Assembly (NCBI GenBank): GCA_964187785.1
Contig: OZ076409.1
Location: 17,362,001-17,426,000, forward strand
Reading direction: 5' to 3'
Source: Amphiscolops sp. MND2022
Taxonomy: Eukaryota
DNA length: 64,000 nucleotides
In this document: in pieces, positions 14,171 to 25,470 of the stretch
Position numbering within the stretch: position 1 is the first letter of the stretch
Layout of the letters: the number at the start of each line of letters is the position of its first letter
Translations under genes and position numbers: made by a program
The notes under the pieces: model-generated
Database searches by the model: none
What the model saw: only the letters and a program-made list of their open reading frames with translations
What the model was told of the DNA's origin: nothing

Positions 14171-14639
14171 AGTCGGCGCTTTTATGAATAAAAGAGCCCG
14201 ACTATTACAGCCACTCGTTTTTTTTCTTTAAGACAGACTCGAAGCGACGATCGTTAAATTTAACGTTCAACTACTAAATACAGTACTACTAAAATACTGA
14301 CAGTGCATTTCAGATAATGCAAAGGGTCCCCCTTTCAGTTAGTCCATTTTTATCGTAAGATACAAAACAGGACGAGACTATAGGGTCCCCCCTTTGAGTT
14401 TTTTTCGGCACTGTGCGACTTTTTTTCGAAACTCTTTTTGTCCCCAAAGGGTCCCCCCTTCGAGTTTTTTGATATTTTGTAACGGAATGTATGTTAATAA
14501 ATCCAGAAGGGTCCCCCTTTTACATTTTTCGGCACTATGCGACTTTTTTTGACAGAAAAAAAATTCAATTTTTTTGCAAAATCTTTTGCGCTTTTTGAGC
14601 CTTAGATATGGCGCCGACTTTAGACGTTCTCGTCTTGTT
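14171..14639 (+). mobile_element. HINE-like family A, complete copy with empty-site paralog
   Basis: TTTTT|AGTCGGCGC ... GCGCCGACT TT AGACG-TTCT-CGTCT TGTT. Absent from the paralogous site at 11211-11215. Confidence 0.85.
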
Positions 14640-15620
14640 CGTTATTAGGACCCCGAGCACCCCATAAATCGCCTGTGTCTCTATTGGAAGTTTCCTACGT
14701 TTATCTTGAAATTAACAAAACTATTACATTACTATTACAAAACTATTCTATTCAGGACTCGTTCTGGGTTAATTAACCTCATTCACAGTGATTTAGAATT
14801 AACCCTAATGAACCTAGTGGTGCTTTAAAACTGCCTACCTTTTTTTCCAATTTCTGATTCCTTTTGCCAGTAGCCCATTGTCTCTAGCACAGTTTTTTTT
14901 CTACAAGTAATTGGTATCTAGATTGACTTAAATGGCACAAGCATTAGAAACAGGGAATGTGTCTCCAAAGCTGAGAAAAATGGGTTTTTTGCACAAAAAT
15001 TAGATATATTTTCCCAAAGTTCAGTTTTTGACGAAATCTTGTTTTCTCAAAAGTCTTTGATCAATAGAAAAAAGCCAACCACATACCCATCCACAGCAAG
15101 TCCTGGTGCAACAAACCCGAAAAATATTCAGTTGTTACTATGTGGAATGGTCGCGATGCTTCGATACCGGAAAAATCTAAAATTCTGGCGAAATCCTGGG
15201 CGTGCGGCGACAGGGGCTCATCTGACCAAAATGAAAGCCCAATAACAGACCTTTCAAACGCGCTATAGTTCGTTTCTCTGGTACGCGTAGTTGTGGATAT
15301 GCTAATTTTTATAAAATTTTTATTCAATTTTTTTGAAAATTTTTATTAACGCCCAGGTCAATTGGCAAACGTCGCATCCTGGAAAAAAGTTGTTGCAAAA
15401 TTGTATCGAAAGGCCAGTATTGACGCAGAAAATTGACGCCGTGCATTTCTGGTCGACTGATTCACAAGTTGCAGAATTTCTTGGTCTCAGATCAGGGACT
15501 CCGCAAAAATCATGGCCATTATTAAATGGAAAGTAAAAAAAATTATTGCCCTATTTTTTCTCAAATAAATTTAATTGAGCATTGCAAAAAATAAAATATG
15601 CCAATTCTTGTACAAAGATC

Positions 15621-15982
15621 AACAAGCCGGGACCGGCCCAAGTCGGAGCCATTTCTAAAGCTCAAAAATAGCAAAAGGACTTCAAAATGTCAAAGTATTG
15701 GTGATTGGGGACCCTTTTATGAAAAAAAAATGACCCACAATGCCGGAGAAAACTCAAAGGTGGGACCCCTCGGTCTCGCCCGGTATTGTATGTTACGCGG
15801 AAAAAAGGAAAAACCTTTTTGATTCTGTTCGCTAGGCCAAATGGGTCAATTTGACACCATAAAATTTTGTAGAACTTGTTGAACTTATTTGGTCACTTAG
15901 GTGTATCGATTTTTTTTTAAAACACTGACGAAAAGCCATGACTATAGTCTAGACCACGACTAGAAAAGCGCCGACTCAAAAA
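15621..15982 (-). mobile_element. HINE-like family A copy nested in the hAT element
   Basis: AACAAGCCGGGACCGGCCCAAGTCGGAGC ... AAAAGCGCCGACTCAAAAA. Confidence 0.75.
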
Positions 15983-16279
15983 TAAATTTCAATCAATCAG
16001 GTGCTGAATTGAAGAAACTGTCTCCGCATTCCGAAAGTCCTTATTGACTTTTAAAAAAAAGAAAAAAAAGATAAAATGGGGTCACATTTTGTCTTAACAG
16101 TCCTAAATCTAGCTTTGCCTTGCAGAAAAGTCTTTCGCAAATGTTGGATGTCCCTGGAATCTAGTCCATATTGATGCAGTTCGATTTGTCAGTTTTTCGT
16201 TTTTTTTTGCGCTCCGCAATTCTGCAGCAAAGTACTAGGACTTTGATGAAGTTGGTGGTTGCTTATTAATCTCTGCGAC

Positions 16280-17165
16280 GTTCCAGTTTTTTCAATGCCA
16301 CTTTTTCCGATGGTGTTAACTGATCAAAATCTCTGTCAACTCACTAACGAGAATTTTTGAATTTCATGATGTCAGCATTCAGCATAGCCATATTCATTGC
16401 TGGAAATTGTGAAAGTACTCCATCAAATAGTGTACGCACATCTGAAAAACTTATTCTTCTTTCTGCTGTACCTTTGTCACCGATTGTAACTTTTTGTGCT
16501 GCTTCTCTAACAGTTCTTCAAACTCTTCAGTTTTGGTTTCATCCATAATGAAGGTAAGCAACTCAATATCATCAGTGGGAATATGTCCCTAGATCTTCTT
16601 ATAGCGCTTGCACACTTCAAAGTAGACTGCCACCTGGTTTTGGTACGCTTAACAGGTCCAAGTTGACACATTTTTTGCGTCGTTTAATGGTGTCCATTTT
16701 TACCATCAATGAGTGAATCTTGTTAGTAATTACCGCATGTACGCTGACCATAGAATCAGTTGCCAAATGCAACCTGACTCGCGCATCCAATCATTGGAAC
16801 CTTAATTGCGTCTGCAATAGCTTTTGCAACAATAGCCAATACAAATCTGCGTGTGTCCACCCATCAACGAGAGTCACAAACCTGGTTGGCTTTACTTCTG
16901 AGATCTTGCTTTCGACTCTGGCTGACAACTTTTCTATAATGCAAATAAACGTGTCCAGTGAAATCTTGTTTAAATTTGTATTCTTTAGTGTGTGCTCCGT
17001 TTCGCAGAATTATAAGATAAGTTGTCAATGATAATCCACTCTAGATAGCTGTACACGTTAGAAGTTTTTGCAGTGCGTTTGCCTTTGAAAAAGACAGTTT
17101 ATATTTTCTTACGCGATATTCTGCTGCCCAATTAGGATGTTCAACTGCAATGTGAGTTGGTGTAA
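16280..17165 (-). pseudogene. hAT transposase relic (frameshifted, internally deleted)
   Basis: Minus-strand fragments THIAVEHPNW, YSYLEWIIIDNL, KPTRFVTLVDGWTHA (first catalytic Asp), VPMIGCAS/RLHLA (CxxH-type motif), GPVKRTKTRWQST and ISFSDVRTLFDGVLSQFP. Confidence 0.75.
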
Positions 17166-17204
17166 TCCTTTTTCTGCTGTTTGCCGTTTTGAGAACTACG
17201 ACAG

Positions 17205-18430
17205 AGGAATTCCCTAACAGCCGAAATTCCAAACAGCAGAAAATGAAAAATTGGTCTAAAACAGCGAAATATTTCTTTATGCTGCAATCTGATTGGCTAA
17301 AATTTGAAATTGAATTGAATTCACTAAGCTGAAAACGCGTGTCAGATTTTGTCGAAATTATTATTATAACGTAGTCAGCTATGTTCACATACCTCTAGTG
17401 CCCTAAATGCAGGAGCGAAGCGAAGCAGAGTGACGTGCCATATGGTCATGCCTCAATGTTGCTACTTGGCGAAGGGAGCGAAGTGACCGAGCCATACAAT
17501 AAATATGCAAACTTTCTCAAATAAATCAAGTTTCAACATATTGGCTGTAACAGCACTAAAAGCTGGTAATTTGAATTCTGCTGTATAGGACCAAATTTTC
17601 ATTTTCGACTGTATGAATAGGCACCCTACGACACTGTCAGGTATCATCCCTCGTACACGTGATATAACTCAGCGAAACTTCTTTGGGAATTTTACCGGTC
17701 ATTACTGCAAGTGGCGAGTCTGCTATGTTCACATACTCCTAGTGCCCTAAATGCAGGAGCGAAGCGAAGCGGAGCGACGTGGTATATAGCCATGCCTCAA
17801 TATTGCTACTTGGCGAAGGGAGCGAAGCGACCCAGCCATACAACAAATATGCTAATCGCCACAAAATGTAACCAAATGAAAATAATATGGAATTCTTTCG
17901 ACGCATTGAATAGCTTTTCATTTTTCGACGATTTGAATGTTCGACGAATTGAAGTTGCACCGTGGCGAGCAATAAGCAGCGAGTGAAGCAAAGTTGCGTG
18001 CTAAGCGAGCGGGGAATTCCCACACAGCAGAAGTCTCATACAGCAGAAAATGAAAATTCGGTCCCATTCAGCAGAATATTTCTTTATACTGCAATCTGAT
18101 TGGCTGAAATTTCAAATCGAATTGAATTCACTATGATGAAAACGCGTGTCAGATTTTGTCGGAATTATTATAACGTAGTCAGATATGTTCACATACCCCT
18201 AGTGCCCTAAATGCAGGAGCGAAGCGAAGCGGAGCGACGTGCCATATGGCCATGCCTCAATGTTGCTACTTGGCGAAGGGAGCGAAGCGACCGAGCCATA
18301 CAACAAATATGCAATCCTTTTCAAATAAATCAAGTTTCAACATACTGGCTGTAACAACACTAAAAGCTAGTAATCTGAATTCTGCTGTATGGGACCGAAT
18401 ATTCATTTTCTGCTGTATGAATAGGCCCCA
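17205..18430. repeat. Cluster of three related repeats sharing a GCGAAGC-rich ~130-bp core; two have long inverted termini
   Basis: Core ATGTTCACATACC..GGAGCGAAGCGAAGC..GAGCCATACAA at ~17381, ~17725 and ~18185. Inverted termini CATACAGCAGAAAATGAAAATTCGGTCCCA / TGGGACCGAATATTCATTTTCTGCTGTATG at 18037-18419. Confidence 0.8.
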
Positions 18431-18810
18431 AGCGAGCGAACTGTGTGCAATTATTAACGAATAAACGCGAGTTTCGTGCGCAGCAAGCAAGCAAAGCAAG
18501 TATAACGAGCAAATATGCGAGCGGCGCGCCGTCTGGCGGAAATGTGGAATGCGGTCTCTGTGTTATGCAGGCACAAATGCTGTGTTAATATGGAACCATT
18601 ATTGTGACCTCAAATCTGAAAGGCCCTGTTTTTTTAAATAAAGTAATTAATGGACCTACATTTTTGACGTAAATAAATTTATGGCCATTATTATTCCCTA
18701 CCATAATTGGAGTCCCTGTCCGAGATGCTATTCTTGAAACTTTGGCAAAAACTTGTTAAATTGTTTCTTAGTGTTCATCTGAGTTTTTATAAGTTTGAAA
18801 CATTTCTTTT

Positions 18811-19810
18811 GGACCATGTCATCTATTAGCCCATTGTCAATTCGGTCCAACTTTTGTGTTTTTCGGGTACTGTAAAAAAGAATACTTGACACTTTTAGTC
18901 CTTTTGCTATTTTTGAGCCTCAGATATGGCGCCGACTTATGCCGTTCCCGGCTTGTTCTTGTTTTCGACCGATTTACCTAAAAGTGTTTCGGCAAGTTTT
19001 TTTTTACTTAATCATTTCTTCCAGATCTACTGAAGCCATACATTACCGTTTTCAGAAATATCAGGCTCAAGTTGTCTAAAAACCTTCGTTTTATACCATC
19101 AGGATTGGTAGTTAGGTTTTCGCAAGGAAAACTAATTATTATTTCTTTTTACATTGTTTCTGGTAAAAAATACAATTGGGTTCTAGACAACCTGCAGAAT
19201 TCACCGAATCCCTAAAATTTTGAGGCCATTTTTTTCAAAAACATGCTCAAAATTGGAAAAAAGTTTCCTTTTTGCGCTTCAATTCAAAATTGAAGTTATT
19301 GCAAATAAAAATTTCGGACCATGCCATCTATTCCCCCAGGGACACCTTGTTGTGAATTTTTCCCCAACACGAAAACACATTTTGTTCTTGATTAAAAAAT
19401 ATTTCACTAATAAGAGAATATGATATGAATGTAAATTCTTAGAGGATTGTCTCTACAACTGTTTGGACACTGCAGGCAAAAAAATTACCATAATTTTTTG
19501 ATATTGTTGTCCAAAATAGTAACAATTCACGTTTGGAACAAACTAAAATCGTATAAAAGGCCCCTATTTCAGCGCAAATTTTGCCCGCTATAAAATCTAA
19601 TGAGCAACTTCTAACTGACAGTCAATGTAATGGATAGGATTATGTCGACATCAATTATTTTATTGGACCAAAATTCCAACGCAAACAATGTCGACATAAT
19701 CGTATTTGAACCTTTTCTCTTATTGCCCCCTGCCGCAGTTTGGGGGATAGTTGGTAATTATAGTATTATTAATAATTAGTAGGGGGGGGGGGACATAGAT
19801 GACATTGTCC
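18811..19810. mobile_element. Non-autonomous TIR element with GG..CC ends and 8-bp TSD (Merlin-like), composite
   Basis: TIR GGACCATGTCATCTAT / ATAGATGACATTGTCC, with TTTCTTTT on both sides. An extra internal terminus lies at 19316, and the element contains a HINE 3' end. Confidence 0.7.
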
Positions 19811-20698
19811 TTTCTTTTTTGTTCAATGAAAATTGACGTTTACCGTTGGTGATTTTTGTCGAGTATATACTGATTTATACGAAATGAAGACCTAGTATAC
19901 GAAATCTGCAAGACACGTTTGGAGAAGTCAAGAATAATTGAATGATTCCAAATCAAAAATATTTATTAGGCCCATTTTTTTTCATAAAAGTCTACAATTT
20001 GGAACACGTTCCTTTGGAACATGATATCCTTTGAAAAGGTCACAAAAATCAAATGATGTTGGACATTTGATACGCCTTAAAACATCACGACTATTTCGGT
20101 CGTTGAAGTGAGTACTGCAATGAAGACAGAAAGACTTTTGTACGATCTACAAGCAGCACTGAAGCAACAGTTCTGAGAAGGTTGGAAATTGTCGAAGAAC
20201 AGCTGCTTATTCTGTCTCCTAGCACCAAAGCCCATGAAAAATTTTCCTTTTTGTTTATCGGAAAGGCCCCGTAGGTCTCGGAGAAACAATACAATGATAA
20301 ATCTAACAACAATAGAATATTTTTAAAGTTTGTCTCACAAATTGGATGTGTGCTTGTTCTTTTTGTCCTGAAAACCTCTTTAGAGCATCGAGAAGTTGGA
20401 AAGAAATATGAAATTCAGAATATAACTGAAAAATACGCAGGATTTCAACCAAAAATTTTTCACAGGGTCCCGCGGTACCGAAAAAAGGTCAAACTTGTCC
20501 CCCGTAGTTGTCTTTGTGTGTCGTTGAAATGAAATTCCCACTTTGCCTAAATTATTGTACGCCAGCCTGCATAATCCAAAGATGAGGAGGACATGAAGTG
20601 TTTTAGTTTTGATCAGAAACAACTTTTTGTCATTCAGCTCCGAAATAGTATTAGAGGTTGTGCAACTTTCGCTCCTCGGATCTCTGATCCCTCCAGCC

Positions 20699-21209
20699 CA
20701 GTGAATTGACTCGTGTACTGAAAATCGTGTATCGTGTTGTTCCTGTATTTTCCCGTAATACATCGGTATCGCGTACAAGAAATTATCGTGTACAGTCACG
20801 TGTATCGACTGTAAAAAAATCGAGTTTTTGAAAATTCGTTTACAAATTTACAAAACGCAATTTTAACAATCTTTTTCAAATTCATTAATAAACGTCTGTT
20901 TAGTCTGTCAGTACATCTCGAATTACCAAAAAAGAAAATCTTTTTCACTGATCCAGACCTGGCCGGAGTTGACAAGACCTCCAGAACTAGATTTTTGATG
21001 CCTTGTTCTAGTTCCTTTCATCGCCAGAATGTCATTTCATACTTTTCCGAGTTTTTTTTGCGTGTCCGAGCGAACGCCGAATATCTTTTATACTCATTTC
21101 GGAAGCCAATGAAATTGCTTCATTTTCTCGCATCAATCGGTAGTTCGTGTGACGATACAATAAAATGCGTGTATTCCGGTACGGTACATGTACCGACGTC
21201 AATTCACTG
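20699..21209. mobile_element. hAT-type MITE (uninterrupted paralog of 42689-49028)
   Basis: TIR CAGTGAATTGAC / GTCAATTCACTG. The body is collinear with 42689-42849 + 47119-47366 + ~48950-49028. Confidence 0.75.
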
Positions 21210-21426
21210 CCCCAACTCCTCTCAATCTAGCCCCAAATAAGTTTGTAGTTCGTTTTTTTTGTCGAGAAAAATTATGAAGCTGAAAAGTTTCCCAATGTTT
21301 ATTTCGAATAAGAGCCATCCTCAATTAAAAGTATCAAGTTAATTTTTTGAATAAAATGATTAGTTCATAAATAGCTTCGAAAAGTATAGAAATCATTTCA
21401 TTTAAAGCATCAATCAATATCCAAAA

Positions 21427-21647
21427 AGGACAAGAAGCCTCATTTGCGCAGCGGTCAAAAAGTGTTGTTTGATAAAATATTGTTGGTTGTGGCTATCACT
21501 TTCATTCATTGTTCACTGCGGTGGCTTCTAGTGAAACATTTGTTCTGTGAATTTCTAATCTTTTGTTCTCCGTATTGTCTAAATACTGACGCAATTTTAG
21601 AAGAGTTTGTGGACACGAAGGTCCATTACAAAGGGTGTTGTACGGAA
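21427..21647 (+). repeat. Dispersed repeat with a second copy at ~25254-25450
   Basis: Shared AAAGGACAAGAA..CATTTGCGCAGC..TTGTGGCTATCA..GAAGAGTTTGTGGACACGAAGGTCC. Confidence 0.75.
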
Positions 21648-21767
21648 AATGAGTCAATGCTTCAAGAGTTTCAAATTTTTATAGCAGATAGCATGCAGAA
21701 AAATTGTTACAGGTTAGGATATGCGGTTTCAATAAATTGGTTTGAATAATTTTTTATTTGTTTTTAG

Positions 21768-22109
21768 GATCCCCTAGTGCAAGACGAGATGAAACCATTT
21801 TCGATGCCCCTGACGTTAAACCTTTGTCTTTTTCTGAACAACATCCTAAATGGACTAAAGCATATGCTACCTTTGGTCACAAGAAGAAACTGAACGAATT
21901 TCTGACTCTCGGCAAAATACGTTTGACGTCTTTCGTGGTCGTGTCCGCCATGGGAGGCCATTTGATAGCCCCTGTGTCAGTTTCGCCATCTTGCTTTGCT
22001 GCCCTGTCAGTGGGAGTTCTTTTGACCTCAATGAGTGCCAATTCTATGAATCAGTTTTTGGAGGCTCCCTATGACGCGCAGATGGCTCGCACTCAGAACA
22101 GACCTTTGG
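21768..22109 (+). CDS. COX10: COX10 exon 2, protoheme IX farnesyltransferase
   Basis: Acceptor TTTTTAG|. Encodes LGKIRLTSFVV..SANSMNQFLEAPYDAQMARTQNRPL (UbiA/Cox10 NxxxxxxxDxxMxRTxxRP motif). Donor G|GTAAAG. Confidence 0.95.
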
Positions 22110-22845
22110 GTAAAGCTATTTACCGTGCAAAAATTCTTGCACAAAAAAGTAGTATTAACAAAGTTCGATATTTGTTATGTAACTGGGTATACAGTTAGAT
22201 GAACTCGAATGAATCCCCTTTTAAGAATTCAGTAACGATGGCAGGAAACTCTCACGTCTAATCGAAGGTCTCTAGCTGGCGCAGTTTGTATCAATATGTT
22301 CCCAATTATTACAGTCTCGAGTTTTTTTCCAGAATACAAACCTCACATCGAGTGGTCGTTTTTTAAACAATCTTCTAGACTAAGATCTAAAGCGTATCCA
22401 CAGAGACTAAAGAGTCTCCACGTTGAAAATGCCACGTTTTCAATTGGATGAGGTTTAAACTATGTGAGATTGAAGGGTACTCCCGTAGGTTTTTTAGAAA
22501 TGGTTTCAGATAGGAAACATCTTTTTTTGAACCCAAAGGGTCCCATGTGATTATTTTTCGGCGCTGAGATTTTCCGAAAATCACATGAACACCTTTTAAA
22601 CGTTCAACTTTTCACTTCTTCAAACTGAAACGGGCCCCAACGTTAGACTTTCTCGTTTTGTTCACTCTTTCGTTCACATCACAAGCCAATTGTTCCATTT
22701 TTAGTCGGCGCTTCATGAAGTTTGATGTTTTGGAGAATGGAATTTGAAAAATTTCAAAGGACCCTTTTAGCGCGCACCCGGCACGGCAATTTAGTCGTTT
22801 GAATTTTTCGAAAGTGTTTCGAAACTTTTTTGATGTCCTTTTGCT

Positions 22846-23240
22846 ATTTTTAGTCGGCGCTTTTCGTAGAAAACGCAGAGTATAGCACTGGCTTTTTTGA
22901 GACCAACGAGGTGACAGATTTTATAAGCTTTATACGCTTCCACTAACTGCCACACTAAACTCGTAACTTCTACTGCCACTTGGCATAATCAGGATTTTTG
23001 AGGTCTGGGAAGCAGAAGGACGTTGGTTCGAGTCTCACCTTTGACCAAAATTTTCTTTGTGCATGTTATTTCGGATTTCTAAGACTTTTTTTCGCAAATT
23101 TTTTTTAATGTCTGCAAAGGGCCCCACTTCAATTTTTTGATATTTTGCATCAGAATGGATGTTCAAAAAATCTCAAAGTGTCCCCCCTTTTATATTTTTT
23201 CGGCACTTTGCGACTTACCGTGGACTTCAAAAAATTTTTG
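22846..23240 (+). mobile_element. HINE-like family A, subfamily with tRNA-like segment (3' truncated)
   Basis: Starts TTTTTAGTCGGCGCTTTTCGTAGAAAACGC. Contains TTGGCATA..GGTTCGAGTCTC at ~22980-23040. Confidence 0.65.
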
Positions 23241-23292
23241 GAAAATGGAAAATGGTAGAGATAAAATTGTATTATGTTGATTGGCGTATGTA

Positions 23293-24060
23293 CCATACCG
23301 TAATAAATGAATTGGACCTCTGATTGTAAAAAATGATTTGGACTCGATTAAAGGAGACCAAAATCTTCTGAACGAAAAAGTTTTTTGGAAAACTGTAAAA
23401 CTAAAAGTTTATTAAATTTTAACGTTGATTACAAACAGTATTGTTTGAAAATTTTGAGATCAATTACAAAAACTTAGAAACTATGCATTTTACTACTGAT
23501 TTCGTTTCTAACTTATTTTAGTTCAAATTTCAAAGGCCTTGAGTGTTGAAAAAAGTTTGTTTTTAATCTTTCAGACGCTTTTTCAACAAAAGTATCCATG
23601 GAAATATTTTTTATGGCAGAACTTTGAAAAGAAACCTTCTTGAACAGGACAAGAAACTTGAATGCAATGTATTAAGATAGGGCATAAAATTACTTTTGAA
23701 AGAACCCTTATATTTTTATAGTTTTCTTCATGTTTTCTGTAAACAAAACATTATCGCCATTAGTGGATGGATTAGTTTCTGTCATTATTACAAAATTGCA
23801 AAACTGCGTCTGTGAGACGTCTAATTTTGCAAAATTTGCTCCTAGATCAAAATTTAGTAGTGAATACAAGTTGGTGAAAGTGTTATTACAAAGTTCCAAA
23901 ATTGTTTGCAAAACTGATTCTGAAGTGTTTTCACAAATTTATTAATATTTGATCAAGCGTTTTTTGATTACCTCCAAAATCACTCGGGTTTCGAGCTAAT
24001 TTATTTTCAGTCCAAATCATTTTTTACAATCAGGGGTCCAATTCATTCGATACAGTATGG
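23293..24060. mobile_element. MITE with ~55-bp TIRs, TA-flanked
   Basis: TA|CCATACCGTAATAAATGAATTGGACCTCTGATTGTAAAAAATGATTTGGAC ... GTCCAAATCATTTTTTACAATCAGGGGTCCAATTCATTCGATACAGTATGG|TA. Confidence 0.8.
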
Positions 24061-24321
24061 TAGTTGTCAAATACACATGAACTATTTCGTCGCGAAATTT
24101 GGTTTTTCTGTTCTCGATCGTTTTCCTTGAAACATTAATCCCATATTAGCTAAAGTCAATTTTTGAATTTATCGGATAATCACTGATCCTTTTTTTCCTT
24201 TTTTATGGTTGAAACCCTGACATACTAAATGTCCAGTGAAAAGAATTCCATATTCTTACTTTTTTTCCGTCGTGAAAAAGCGTAACACGGTTTTCTAGTC
24301 GGCGCTTTACATTGGCAAGTG

Positions 24322-25112
24322 TTTTAGTCGGCGCTTCATGGAGTGAAACGCGACTAATATAGTGACGCTTTTTTTCTATCCACACGAACTGACCAAAATA
24401 GTTCTTGAAAGTTTTACAAAATATAATTGCACCAAATTGCTCCATTTGGCCTAGCGAATTGAACCAAAAAGGTTTTTCCTGTTTTTCCGCGTAACATACC
24501 ATACCGGGCGAGGCCAAAGGGTCCCCCTTTCAATTTTTTTGGCACTGCGAGACTTTTTTGGGAAAAATTTTTTCCCCAAAGGGTCCCCCTTCAATTTTTT
24601 TTGCTGTTTTGCGTCAGAATGGAAGTTGGAAAATCCCAAAGGGTCCCCCCTTTCAGTTTTTTTTTGGCACTGAGATTTTTTTCCGAAATAAAAATTTTCC
24701 CTCCTTCAATTTTTTGATGTTTTGCGACAGAATGGATGTTGAAAAACCCCAAAGGTCCCCCCTTTCAGTTTTTTGGTATTGTGAGACTTTTTAAAAAAAA
24801 TTCTCTCCGAAGGGTTCCCTCTTCAATTTCTTTGATATTTTACAACAAATTGGGTGTTTAAAAATCCCAAAGGGTCCCCCTTTCAGTTTTTCGGCATTGT
24901 GAGACTTTTTTCCGAAAATTTGTTTTTTTTCTCCAAAGCCCCCCCCCTTCAACTGCGACAAAAATGTTGACAATTTCGGAAGTGTCCCCCCGCCACTCGG
25001 TCCATTTTTTTGCTTTTTCGATTTTCGACTACTGTAAATTGACTCTTGGATGTCCTTTCGCTATTCTTGAGCCTTGGATATTGCGCCGACTTGGGCCGGT
25101 CCCGGCTTGTTT
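24322..25112 (+). mobile_element. HINE-like family A, long copy with expanded internal subrepeats
   Basis: TTTTAGTCGGCGC ... GCGCCGACTTGG GCCG-GTCC-CGGC TTGTTT, with several AAAGGGTCCCCC units. Confidence 0.8.
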
Positions 25113-25470
25113 GAAAGACCACAGACTTCACGCTGAATGGTGCACTTTTTTATACTGACTTCACGCCTAAGCTCTGAAGGGTATATAAGGAGCCCTAGGA
25201 GACTAAGGGGTACTCCCTTGGTGTTTTTTACAATATTTACCGTATCCTTGGTAAAGGACAAGAACCCGCATTTGCGCAGCTTTCAAAAGCGTTGTTCGCT
25301 GAAATATTGTTGGTTGTGGCTATCATTTTCATTCATTGTTCACTGCGGTTGCTTTTCTTTGCTCGACGAATTTCTTCGGTTCTATTTTTGACGCAATTTT
25401 GGAAGAGTTTGTGGACACGAAGGTCCTTTGCGGAGGGTGATGTTATGGAATATCTTGGAAATGCCAAACT

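Larger units (their letters stand above)
15493..18718 (-). mobile_element. Decayed hAT DNA transposon with nested inserts
   Basis: TIRs CAGGGACTCC (15493) / GGAGTCCCTG (18709-18718), near-TSD TCTCAGAT / TCCGAGAT (6 of 8 match), and an internal transposase relic. Confidence 0.75.
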
